Source of the DNA: Syntrophorhabdus sp.
GTDB taxonomy: Bacteria > Desulfobacterota > Syntrophorhabdia > Syntrophorhabdales > Syntrophorhabdaceae
Assembly (NCBI GenBank): GCA_012719415.1
Contig: JAAYAK010000137.1
Location: 835-64,834, forward strand
DNA length: 64,000 bases
Direction of reading: 5' to 3'
In this document: in pieces, positions 8,634-17,089 of the stretch
Layout: every line of letters begins with the position of its first letter
Position numbering within the stretch: the stretch's first letter is position 1
Program-made: the position numbers and the translations under genes
Notes under the pieces: generated by a model
Database searches by the model: none
What the model was told of the DNA's origin: nothing
The model's input: only the letters and a program-made list of their open reading frames with translations

Positions 8634-10883
8634 CTAATATTGGGTGCCGATGGCAAAATCGAAGAGACTTTTCCTCTCGTTTTCCTTGGGGTTGAGGTTG
8701 AATCCGAGTTCCAGGCGGATGGGACCCATGGGGGAGAACCAACGTATGCCGAAGCCTGCCGACGACCGCATCCGCAGGCTGTCGAAATTGTCGAAACCGG
8801 CGCCGGTATCGGTGAAGAGGACCCCCTTCACACCTGCCGGCTTGTAGATGGGGAATATCCATTCGAAGTTGAAATACAACTGGTTCTTCGCGCCGATGGG
8901 TTCGTCGTTCTCGTCCATGGGACCGGCCTCACCGTACCTGAAACCGCGGATGGAGCTGATGCCGCCGACGTAGTACTTTTCGGTGATGGGCACCTGGTCG
9001 CCGCCGTAGCCCCTGATCGCTCCCGCGGTGCCTTTGACGAAGAACGAGCTGTCCCAGAACTTGATGGGGAAGTACCTGCCGTAGAAACCGGTGAGGGACC
9101 AGAACTTATTGTCGGCGCCGAAGGGGCCGCCGGCTATTTCCGTGGATATGCCGCTGTTGATTCCCTTCGTGGGGTTCATGACATCGTCGATGGTGTTCTT
9201 GTTGAGGCTGAAGGTCATGCTGCTTGTCAGGCTCGAACCGGACTGCTCCTTGATATAGGTGCTGGCGTCGTCCGTGACGTTCGTGACGTCGATCTCCTCG
9301 AGGCGGTACATGACGGTTCCCTTCACGTCATCGGTGAGGGGCTTGATGAGAGATACGTTGCCACCCGTTCTCTTGTAGTCGTACGTATCCATGTAGCGCT
9401 TGAAATTGAAGAGACTGATCCCTGCCGAGAGCTTCTTGTCGAAGATGTACGGTTCAAGGTAGCTCAAGCGGAACTCGTTGGTGTAGCTGCTGAGAGCGGC
9501 TTCGAGGACGATCCTCCGGCCGGTGCCGAGGAAGTTCTCCTCCGAGACCGCCCCGGAGACGATCACCTTTTCAGCCGTGCTGTAGCCGGCGCCGACACTG
9601 AAGGTGCCCGTGGGTTTCTCCTCGATGCCGAGGTCGATATTGACCTTCCTGGGATCGTCGGTCTTGACGACCTTGAAATCGGTGTCCTTGAAGAAGGTGG
9701 TGTTCTTCAGCTTTTTCTTGCTGTCCTTGATGGTGGTGATGGAGAAGCGGTCACCCTCGGCGAATTTCAGCTCCCTGCGCACGACCTTGTCACGGGTCCT
9801 CGTGTTCCCGATGATGTTTATCCTGTTGAAGTACACCTCCTGGTTCTTCGTGACCTGGAAGGTGACATTGACCACATGGTTGGCATCGTCGATGGTGGTG
9901 AGCGGAGCGACGTCGGCAAAGGCGTACCCCTTGTCCTGATAGAGGTCCGTCACCGTGAGGACGTCCTCGTAAAAAACGGTGGTCCTGAAGAGCTTGCCCT
10001 GTTTGGTCTTGATCTTGTCGAGGAGCTCTTCCCGGGGGAAGATGATGTCTCCCGCGAAATCGATGGTCCCGACGGTGTGTTTGACGCCTTCCTCGACGGG
10101 TATCATGATGGAGATGCTCTTGCCGTCCTTGGAGAGTTGGATATCGGGCGCGCCCACGTGGACCTTGGTGTAGCCGTTGTCGTGGTAGAAGGCCTCGAGG
10201 TTTCGGCGATCTTCCTGGAGGACATCCTCGTCGAGTATGCCCGATCCCGTGAACCACGAAAGCCAGCCTTTTTCCCTGGTTTGCATGTAACCCTGCAGCT
10301 TGCTGTCCTTGAAGTTCTTGTTGCCCGTAAAGGCGATCTTCCTCACGTAGGATATCTGCGGTTCGTCGATCACGAAGTTCACCGTGGCCTCGTACTTCTC
10401 GCCGTAGTCTATTTCGTAGGTGATCTTCGCGGCGTAGTACCCTTTGCTGGCATAGAACTTCCGGATCTCGTCCATGCTCTCTTTGACCTTTTCGATGTTG
10501 AGGACGGTACCGGTCTTGATCTTCAGCTTTTCCGTGAGATCATCGGTCTTGATCTTCTTGTTGCCTGTCATCAGGATGCTCTTGACGGGGGGCCTTTCGA
10601 TGACGACGAAGGTGACGTTCTTGCCCTTGTCGGTGTCCTTTACGTCTATCTGGACATCGCTGAAAAAACCCGTCTTGTATATGCTCTTCATGTCCTCGCG
10701 GAGCTTGTCGAGGTTGTATGCGTCGCCTTCCTTCGTCTTGATGTTGGCGGATATGACGGCGGTGTCGACGCGTTCGTTGCCGGTGATCTCTATCTTGGCA
10801 ACCCTTTCGGCTTCCTGGGCCTCTATCAGGAGGGGCAGGCACAGTATCAGGAGGAGGAGGATGACGCACTTCAATTTTTTCAT
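8634..10883 (-). CDS. bamA: Outer membrane protein assembly factor BamA
   Basis: About 750 aa. Signal peptide, POTRA-type repeats, and a C-terminal Omp85 barrel with VGGISSIRGF and a terminal aromatic residue (..AIGTQY). The track ORF starts at a TTG (10904). The ATG at 10883 (MKKLKCVILL) is the likelier start. Confidence 0.92.
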   Translation of the reverse strand: MKKLKCVILLLLILCLPLLIEAQEAERVAKIEITGNERVDTAVISANIKTKEGDAYNLDKLREDMKSIYKTGFFSDVQIDVKDTDKGKNVTFVVIERPPVKSILMTGNKKIKTDDLTEKLKIKTGTVLNIEKVKESMDEIRKFYASKGYYAAKITYEIDYGEKYEATVNFVIDEPQISYVRKIAFTGNKNFKDSKLQGYMQTREKGWLSWFTGSGILDEDVLQEDRRNLEAFYHDNGYTKVHVGAPDIQLSKDGKSISIMIPVEEGVKHTVGTIDFAGDIIFPREELLDKIKTKQGKLFRTTVFYEDVLTVTDLYQDKGYAFADVAPLTTIDDANHVVNVTFQVTKNQEVYFNRINIIGNTRTRDKVVRRELKFAEGDRFSITTIKDSKKKLKNTTFFKDTDFKVVKTDDPRKVNIDLGIEEKPTGTFSVGAGYSTAEKVIVSGAVSEENFLGTGRRIVLEAALSSYTNEFRLSYLEPYIFDKKLSAGISLFNFKRYMDTYDYKRTGGNVSLIKPLTDDVKGTVMYRLEEIDVTNVTDDASTYIKEQSGSSLTSSMTFSLNKNTIDDVMNPTKGINSGISTEIAGGPFGADNKFWSLTGFYGRYFPIKFWDSSFFVKGTAGAIRGYGGDQVPITEKYYVGGISSIRGFRYGEAGPMDENDEPIGAKNQLYFNFEWIFPIYKPAGVKGVLFTDTGAGFDNFDSLRMRSSAGFGIRWFSPMGPIRLELGFNLNPKENERKSLFDFAIGTQY

Positions 10884-10939
10884 AATGTTTTGCAAAATTA
10901 CCAAATAAACCTACTCTTTGTAAAGGTAAAAAATGATGG

Positions 10940-12361
10940 TCACCACGATTCGGTCCTGAGCCCTTCCATTCCCTGGTAGACGATCTCTCGTCCGGCGGAG
11001 TCCCGGACCACTCTCTCCAGCAGCTGCCTCCTGTCGATGCCCGATGAAGACGTGAGCCTGGCAAGGAATCTCAGCCTGTCCCGCGGCCCGATCCTCTTCG
11101 GCAGCGTGGTGTTGAGCTGGAGGAGCATCCTGTGGAGGACGTCCCCGTCGGCTTCGTGGAAGGTGATATCCTCGACATCGAGGAAACGGAAAGTGCCGTC
11201 GTCCAGCCTGAAGACGTTGCAGGCCTTCAGATCGCGGTGGACGACCCCTGTTTTCATCGCCCCCTTCAGGAAGAGGGCGAGGGAGTCCGCCAGGGCCTTC
11301 CTCTGCCCGACGGAGGCCCCGTCATATACCCTGTCCACGTGGCGGTCCAGTTCCTCGCCCTTTCCGCCAAGATCCTCCATGGCAATGTACCCGCGCCGGA
11401 AGAGGGCGGGCAGGGAGAGGCGGAACGTCTCCGGGATCAGGGGAAGGTTCAGGTAGGCGAGGGCGATGTGTGCCTTCCACGCACGTCTCAGCCTCCTCCT
11501 GCCGCGGTATATCTTCCTCACGTGGTCGGTGTACCTCTCGACGACGACCTTCGCGTCCTTCTTGATGGTCTCGAGGTAGGTCCCGCGGCCGCTGTCCTCT
11601 CTGCCTACGATCAAGAGGTGCCTGCCCTCCCGCCGTGTCTTCGACGTGTTTTCGAAGGCGCGGCGCTGCTTTCTCAGGATCCATCGCATGTGCATGGCCC
11701 GGAGAGTCTGCTCCGTTTCATCCCGTATTCCATCTTTTCCGTAGCACCGGAAGAACGTCTCCTTTTCATCGGGGGTCATTGTCCAGTAGGCCATGGCAAG
11801 GGCGTGGGAGAGGTTCGAGATCTCGTCGCCGCCGGTGAAGGACCCTTTTATCTTCATCTTGTGGAGGTCTATGAGGTAGAGCCGGCCGTTGGCGACGAGC
11901 ACGTTGTGCAGGTGGAGGTCGTTGTGAAGGACATGGTGCCTTTCCAGCGTCTTGAGCAGCTCCGCGAGGGCCGCGATGAGCTTTCCCCGGTCACCGGACC
12001 TGTGGAAGACATCTATGAAGCTCTCCCCCTCGATGTACTCGTGAACGACGCATGAGGTCCCCGGTCCCGATCCATAGCCGTAGGAGACCGGTGTCGATAT
12101 CCCGAGAGAGGCGAGTCTCCGGCTCATGAGATACTCGACCCGTCCCCGGGGATGCACCCTGTTCCGTATCGCCCCGAGGAGGCCCTTCTCCAGGAAGGAC
12201 TTGACGAACACCCTGCCGGCCCTGAAGGGATAGGCGCCATAGGCTCTTCGTTCCCCTCCCCGGTGGGAGAAGGGCCGCAGGACCTCGATGAGCCCCCTGT
12301 CGTCGAGGTGCCACTCGATGCCGTTCATGCTGGCGACCGTCAATCCATCAGGGTCTTTCAT
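10940..12361 (-). CDS. Tandem Kdo/WaaP-family lipopolysaccharide kinase-like protein (two kinase-fold halves)
   Basis: There are two catalytic-loop signatures, HHVLHNDLHLHNVLV..LIDLH in the N-half and VVHRDLKACNVF..FLDVED in the C-half. The track ORF (to 12499) overlaps the upstream gene. The ATG at 12361 (MKDPDG) forms an ATGA overlap with the glycosyltransferase stop. Confidence 0.7.
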   Translation of the reverse strand: MKDPDGLTVASMNGIEWHLDDRGLIEVLRPFSHRGGERRAYGAYPFRAGRVFVKSFLEKGLLGAIRNRVHPRGRVEYLMSRRLASLGISTPVSYGYGSGPGTSCVVHEYIEGESFIDVFHRSGDRGKLIAALAELLKTLERHHVLHNDLHLHNVLVANGRLYLIDLHKMKIKGSFTGGDEISNLSHALAMAYWTMTPDEKETFFRCYGKDGIRDETEQTLRAMHMRWILRKQRRAFENTSKTRREGRHLLIVGREDSGRGTYLETIKKDAKVVVERYTDHVRKIYRGRRRLRRAWKAHIALAYLNLPLIPETFRLSLPALFRRGYIAMEDLGGKGEELDRHVDRVYDGASVGQRKALADSLALFLKGAMKTGVVHRDLKACNVFRLDDGTFRFLDVEDITFHEADGDVLHRMLLQLNTTLPKRIGPRDRLRFLARLTSSSGIDRRQLLERVVRDSAGREIVYQGMEGLRTESW

Positions 12362-13326
12362 AGGGTGTCCATGATCTCGGCAAACCTTTTGCCCCAGGTC
12401 TGCAGGGAATACCTTTCCACCGCTGTCTGCCGCGCCGCCGCGCCGATCTGCCGGCGAAGGGCCACGTCGGAGCCGAGCGCCCCTATGGCCTCTTCCCATC
12501 CCCTCATGTCGGCCCTCAGGAACCCGTTAACGCCGTCCGCGACGATCTCCTTCGAGACGCCGACGGGGTTTGTGACCGAAGGGAGCCCCATCGCCATGTA
12601 CTGGATCAGTTTCAGACCGCATTTTCCCCGGGACCAGAGGTCGTCCTCGGCGGGCATGATGCCCATGTCGAGATCGAGGAGCATCGCCTTTTCCCTTTCC
12701 TTGTTCCATCTTTGAAAGGTTATTCCCCGTTTCTCGACGCCGAAGGGCTTGTCGGCGATAACCCTGAACTCGAGCCCCTCCCTGTCGGTGATGGAAAGGA
12801 TAAGCTCCCTGATGCTGTCGAGATACCTGAGCGTCGAACTTGTCCCGATCCACCCCACGACGAAGATTTTCCGCTCTTCGTGGACCTTCACCGGGTATTC
12901 GTCGATGTCCACGGTCGTGGGCATGTAGTGGATGCCGGAATCCCTGTATCTGCCGGCCTCCTCCATGAGAAAGGAGTTTCCGCAGAGGACAGCCTTCGAG
13001 GCCCTGACGATGGCGGAGAACCTCTTTCTTCTTGTCGCGCTCTCGCCCTTGTTTCCATGCATGACGGCGTCATCGAAATCGTAGACCATCTTCTTCGCGA
13101 ACACCTTCAGGAGGGAGAGTTTCATGGGGCTCGGGAGGAGCCTCTGGACAACGACGACATCGGACCGCGACGCGGTCCTCAGCACGGTGCCGAAATCCGC
13201 CTTCGTTGTCAGGAGGGAGACCTTGAAACCTCTTTCCTGGAGATACGGAAAGTACTGCTGGATCCTGTATCCTACAGGGTTCTCCTTCGTGAATATGTTG
13301 TGGGTGTAGAAAAGTATCTTTTTCAT
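12358..13326 (-). CDS. Glycosyltransferase (GT-B fold, GT1/GT4-like)
   Basis: 322 aa. The N-terminal MKKILFYTHN..NPVGYR and C-terminal E..GLK..YMAMGLPSV..VG..EIV.DG.NG pattern are typical of GT4-type enzymes. It is the first gene of the envelope operon. Confidence 0.8.
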   Translation of the reverse strand: MKKILFYTHNIFTKENPVGYRIQQYFPYLQERGFKVSLLTTKADFGTVLRTASRSDVVVVQRLLPSPMKLSLLKVFAKKMVYDFDDAVMHGNKGESATRRKRFSAIVRASKAVLCGNSFLMEEAGRYRDSGIHYMPTTVDIDEYPVKVHEERKIFVVGWIGTSSTLRYLDSIRELILSITDREGLEFRVIADKPFGVEKRGITFQRWNKEREKAMLLDLDMGIMPAEDDLWSRGKCGLKLIQYMAMGLPSVTNPVGVSKEIVADGVNGFLRADMRGWEEAIGALGSDVALRRQIGAAARQTAVERYSLQTWGKRFAEIMDTL

Positions 13327-13362
13327 GGGGTACGGCGCGCCATCGCCTTTAAGGACATGTTG

Positions 13363-13391
13363 AATATATCATCGCCGTATCGGGCTGTCAA
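13363..13391 (-). promoter_or_regulatory. Sigma70-type promoter of the envelope/lipid A operon
   Basis: The minus strand reads TTGACA (13391..13386), a 17-nt spacer ending in TGa, then TATATT (13368..13363). It lies about 37 nt upstream of the glycosyltransferase ATG. Confidence 0.5.
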
Positions 13392-13434
13392 CGGCGGGGA
13401 CGGGCAGGGGCTGATCGTTGCGACGGCTGCCCCC

Positions 13435-14070
13435 CTATCTCGACCTCGTCACCCCATTCCTCGGGCAGAGGTCTTCAATGGGGCACTCACTGCATTTCGG
13501 CGACAGGGGAGTGCATATCCGCTTGCCGAAGGTCACGAGCAGGGAGTTGTAGACGATCCAGTATCGCCCGGGCAGGACCTGTCTCAGGGCGTCTTCGGTA
13601 GCGTGGGGGTTCTTCGTCGAGACGATACCGAGCCTGTTGGATATCCTGTGCACGTGTGTATCCACGCAGATTCCCGGCTTCCCGTATCCTTCGGTGACGA
13701 CGAGGTTCGCCGTCTTGCGGCCTATTCCCCGCATGGAAAGAAGCTCCTCGATCGTGTCGGGGACCCTCCCGCCGTACTTGTCGATGATGGTTCGGGCGAC
13801 CTCCTTGAGGACCTTCGCCTTGTTCCGGTAGAAACCAACGGGATAGATCATCCTCTCCAGCTCCCCGTCGGGGATGCCGAGGAGTTCCCGGGGGGTCCCG
13901 GCGCGAGGTGTCAGGGCCTCCATCACCTTCTCCGTCGTCTCGTCCTTCGTCCGAAGGCTGAGGAGCGTCCCGACGAGCACGACGAAGGGGTCTGACGTCT
14001 CCCCCCGGGAAATGCGGGTGATGATCGGTGCCGCATCCTCGGGGAAGACATCCTTGAGGGTCTTCATCAT
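13435..14070 (-). CDS. nth: Endonuclease III (DNA glycosylase/AP lyase)
   Basis: HhH-GPD core (LLSMRGIGRKTANLV, VDTHVHRISNRLG) and a C-terminal 4Fe-4S loop C.x6.C.x2.C.x5.C (CTPLSPKCSECPIEDLC). The track ORF extends to 14319 but overlaps the upstream gene with an Arg/Ser/Thr-rich non-family leader. Start taken at the MMKTLKD ATG. Confidence 0.85.
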   Translation of the reverse strand: MMKTLKDVFPEDAAPIITRISRGETSDPFVVLVGTLLSLRTKDETTEKVMEALTPRAGTPRELLGIPDGELERMIYPVGFYRNKAKVLKEVARTIIDKYGGRVPDTIEELLSMRGIGRKTANLVVTEGYGKPGICVDTHVHRISNRLGIVSTKNPHATEDALRQVLPGRYWIVYNSLLVTFGKRICTPLSPKCSECPIEDLCPRNGVTRSR

Positions 14071-14131
14071 TTTGTCGAAGGGGAATCCTCTTTTCAACGC
14101 TTGTACCTCGTATACCCCCGTGCCCGTCGGC

Positions 14132-14587
14132 TCATCGACCGGCACGGTCGATGAGCTTCTCAACCCACTCAAGCATTTCTTCCGCGTGCGAGCCCTCCCA
14201 GTAAACCTTTTTGCAGGACGGGCAGGTTCTGAACCGGTCGTGATGGTGGTATATGTATTCCGGGACGAAGGGCTCGATCTCCTCCCTGGGCGTGTCGATG
14301 AGCGGTACGTTGCATTCAAGGCAGCGCGACATGAACGCCTTCGGGTCGATGTATCTCTCTATGATCTCTTTTATCTCGAGGATCTGTTTCATGGGGTCGT
14401 TCTCATGGATGACCACCGTGTGGGGACGGCCCGTCCTGTCCTGTCTTCTCGTGAGGAAGACGCACCTGTCGGAAGGCGCGGGAAAGGACGCCGGGTCCTC
14501 TCCCTGGCGGATGTACGGGGCGTCGAAGCCCAGGGTCCTCAGGTACCGGGCAAGCTTTCCCAGCATGACGTCGCAGACGAATATCAT
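14132..14587 (-). CDS. Mut7-C RNase domain (DUF82) protein, PIN-like with C-terminal zinc ribbon
   Basis: 151 aa. The start MIFVCDVMLGKLARYLRTLGFD and the CLECN..x..CPSCKKVYWEGSH zinc-ribbon end are the family hallmarks. Confidence 0.75.
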   Translation of the reverse strand: MIFVCDVMLGKLARYLRTLGFDAPYIRQGEDPASFPAPSDRCVFLTRRQDRTGRPHTVVIHENDPMKQILEIKEIIERYIDPKAFMSRCLECNVPLIDTPREEIEPFVPEYIYHHHDRFRTCPSCKKVYWEGSHAEEMLEWVEKLIDRAGR

Positions 14588-15840
14588 CTCATGACGAGGG
14601 CGCGGGCCGTCTCGGCGGCCTTTGCCATGATCTCCTCTTCACCGGGAACGATCCGGTTCTCCATGAGAACCTCTCCCAGGCAGATGACCGTGTCCACGGC
14701 CGAGCTGTTGGCCGCGTAGACCATATCGGAATAGATGTCGAAATTGGGGACGAACTCGGGTCTCGCCAGGTCGATGAGGATGATGTCGGGGCTTAAGCCT
14801 TCCCTGATCGACCACTCGCCTAGGCGGAAGATCTCCGCGGCGGTCCGGGTGGCCATGTCGAATGTCTGCCTCGCCGGGAGCATGGTCGGGTCCGATGCGT
14901 GGAACTTGGCGAGCAGGGAGGCGAACTTCATTGTTTCCAGAACGTCGAGATGGTTGTTCGAGGCGCATCCGTCTGTCCCGAAGCAATAGGGTATCCCGGC
15001 CTTCCCGACAAGGCGGTGGGGAAAGACCCTTCCCACGGCGAGCTTGAGATTGGAGACGGGCACGTGGACGAGGCGGGCGTGCCGCTCGCTGAGCACGCGG
15101 GCGTCGGCCTCCTCGAGGGCGCAGCCGTGGCAGCCGATGTAGCGCTCGGAAAGGATGCCGATGGAGTCAAGGAAGTCCACGGGGGACATTCCATACTTCT
15201 CCTGAGAGAAACGTATCTCGTCGGCGGTCTCCGCGAGGTGCATGTGGATGAGGATGTCCTTGTCGATGGAGAAATCGCGCATCCATTCGAGGCTTGCCTT
15301 CGATACCGTATAGAGCGCGTGGGGGCCGAAGGTAAAGGTGGCGTAGGGCTCGTACTTCTTCGAGAGGGCGTAGAGTTCACGGTTGAGCGCTATCTGCTCC
15401 CGGGCCTTGCCGTCCTCGAACATGTCGATGAAGACGGCGCTGATGAAACCCCGTATCTTCATATCAGTGACGGCACGGGCCGTTGCTTCCCAGTGCCAGT
15501 ACATGTCGTTGAAGGCGGTGACGCCGTTCCTGATCATCTCCAGGCAGGCAAGCTTCGCGCCCCAGTACACGTCCTCTTCGGTCAGCTTCGATTCGAGGAC
15601 CCATATCTTCTCTTCGAGCCAGGTTTTCAGGGGCATGTCGTCGGCATAACCCCGGAAGAGGGTCATGGCGGCGTGGGTGTGTCCGTTGATGAGAGAGGGC
15701 AGCGCGGCCTTGCCCGTGCCGTCTATCACCCTGTCGGCCGGGCGGGTGCATGACGGGGAGATCTCGAGGATGACACCGTTGTCGATGAAGATGTCCCTGA
15801 CGGCGCCGTCGAGGAGGACGCCCGTGATGAGGATCGTCAC
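14584..15840 (-). CDS. mtaD: 5-methylthioadenosine/S-adenosylhomocysteine deaminase (amidohydrolase superfamily)
   Basis: 418 aa. Metal-binding LINGHTHAAMT, plus HLAE.. and GTDG.ASNN motifs. Start and stop overlap both neighbours by 4 nt. Confidence 0.85.
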   Translation of the reverse strand: MTILITGVLLDGAVRDIFIDNGVILEISPSCTRPADRVIDGTGKAALPSLINGHTHAAMTLFRGYADDMPLKTWLEEKIWVLESKLTEEDVYWGAKLACLEMIRNGVTAFNDMYWHWEATARAVTDMKIRGFISAVFIDMFEDGKAREQIALNRELYALSKKYEPYATFTFGPHALYTVSKASLEWMRDFSIDKDILIHMHLAETADEIRFSQEKYGMSPVDFLDSIGILSERYIGCHGCALEEADARVLSERHARLVHVPVSNLKLAVGRVFPHRLVGKAGIPYCFGTDGCASNNHLDVLETMKFASLLAKFHASDPTMLPARQTFDMATRTAAEIFRLGEWSIREGLSPDIILIDLARPEFVPNFDIYSDMVYAANSSAVDTVICLGEVLMENRIVPGEEEIMAKAAETARALVMR

Positions 15841-16532
15841 GAGAGGCCCCGCGTGATGAGGGTGTCAAGCACGCTCTCGATGGTTGAGAGGTTCCGTGTC
15901 ACGTTCGCCCGGATCTCGTCCATCGTCAGGGGCACCTCGACTATGCCATGGCAATAATTGTCGATGGAACAGATGCTGGCGTAGGGCAGGTCCATCTCCA
16001 TGGCGAGGGTCGCCTCGGAGGCGAGCGTCATGCCGACGATGTCCCCGAAGCCCTTGAGGATGTTGATCTCTGCCCGTGTCTCCAGTCTCGGCCCGATGGT
16101 CTGGACATAGATGCCTCCCATCCGCACCGCCATTGTGTGTTCCCTGCATGCCACGAACACCTCGTGGGCGAAGTTCCCGTCCATCACGGGTATCATGAAA
16201 CGCATCTCATCGTCGAAGAAGGTTTCGATGTGCCAGGGAGAGACGAAATCGTCGGGAACGAGGAGGGTGCCGGGCTCAAGGGAGAACGTGAGGCTCCCCA
16301 CGGAATTGACGGCCACTATCTTGTGGACGCCCAGTTCCTTGAGGGCCGCGATGTTGGCGCGGTGCCGTATCCTGTGCGGAGGTAGAGGGGGGCTGCCGTG
16401 TCTCTGGAGAAACACAACCCCATCTCCCCTCTTCACGGTGACGGTGCCGAAAGGGGTTTCCACGGTTTCCTCGGTCCAGCCGGAGAAGATCCGGCAGTCG
16501 AGCAGCGATGTTCCTCCAATTATCGCGAACAT
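15837..16532 (-). CDS. MTAP-family purine nucleoside phosphorylase (probable methylthioinosine/methylthioadenosine phosphorylase)
   Basis: 231 aa. MFAIIGGTS start, RHG...PPH.I.HRANI.ALKELGV, VGMT...E..LA.E motifs. Translationally coupled to mtaD. Confidence 0.8.
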   Translation of the reverse strand: MFAIIGGTSLLDCRIFSGWTEETVETPFGTVTVKRGDGVVFLQRHGSPPLPPHRIRHRANIAALKELGVHKIVAVNSVGSLTFSLEPGTLLVPDDFVSPWHIETFFDDEMRFMIPVMDGNFAHEVFVACREHTMAVRMGGIYVQTIGPRLETRAEINILKGFGDIVGMTLASEATLAMEMDLPYASICSIDNYCHGIVEVPLTMDEIRANVTRNLSTIESVLDTLITRGLS

Positions 16533-16600
16533 GGTTTTCAGATAATCTTCTACAGGGAATGAGGCGACGAGTCAATAGAATTGTTGGAAACCACCCCGGC

Positions 16601-17089
16601 TCACCATGTAAGGGTGATGGCGGGGGAATCGCTGTACCCGCCGCTCGATGTGGGCTGATCTGGATCTATCCTGCCGTAGACGGGAACATACACCTCTTCA
16701 TTCGCGCTCACCCCAACCGTCACCATTGCTCCGGTGGTGCCGTCACCCCACAACCGTTTACGTGCCGGGTCCGTGTAAAGGTTATATCTCAGGGGATTCG
16801 CTCCTGTCATTGTCATCGTTCTGTTGACTGTATTCCCCGATGCACCGGGGCCAATGGCAATGGTCACCGTTGCGGGTGCATCGCATTTCACGGTGATCCA
16901 TCCGTCCATATAGGCATATCCTTCATCGAGGGCGTTGTATTCGGAGCAGTGGATGCCGGCCCCGAGCACGTTGCAAGCGCCGGTGCCCTGGGCATCCGCG
17001 GCGAGGGGAAGCAACAGGAGGCATAGTGAAAGGAGAAGCAGCAACGGCCTCACCGGCGGTTTCTTCGGGTCAATGGAGGTCTTCGGCAA
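16601..17089 (-). CDS. Spore-coat-protein-U (SCPU) domain pilin, minor/tip-type subunit of a Csu-like pilus
   Basis: 162 aa. Signal peptide, Cys pair near the N-terminus, LRYNLYTD and the closing SDS..ITLTW strand are typical of SCPU subunits. Last gene of the pilus operon. Confidence 0.75.
   Translation of the reverse strand: MPKTSIDPKKPPVRPLLLLLSLCLLLLPLAADAQGTGACNVLGAGIHCSEYNALDEGYAYMDGWITVKCDAPATVTIAIGPGASGNTVNRTMTMTGANPLRYNLYTDPARKRLWGDGTTGAMVTVGVSANEEVYVPVYGRIDPDQPTSSGGYSDSPAITLTW

Noticed and set aside
8640-10979. 779-aa plus-strand ORF opposite bamA. Similar long antisense ORFs occur at 2165..3862, 28269..30329, 40291..42420, 50495..52324, 52879..54123 and 30787..31914.
   Set aside because: Each lies exactly antisense to a gene with strong family motifs. 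Each has low-complexity G/D/E/V/R/P-rich translations and no start-site signals. I treat them as non-coding frames kept open by codon bias.
12362-12499. N-terminal extensions of track ORFs: kinase to 12499, nth to 14319, fabZ to 7112, lysR to 43836, FAD subunit from 48450, PpsA-like from 52861, PpsB-like from 54743 and ubiX from 57530
   Set aside because: The extensions overlap the upstream gene, are Arg/Gly/Pro/Ser-rich non-family sequence, and skip internal ATGs. Those ATGs have good Shine-Dalgarno sites or ATGA stop-start overlaps.
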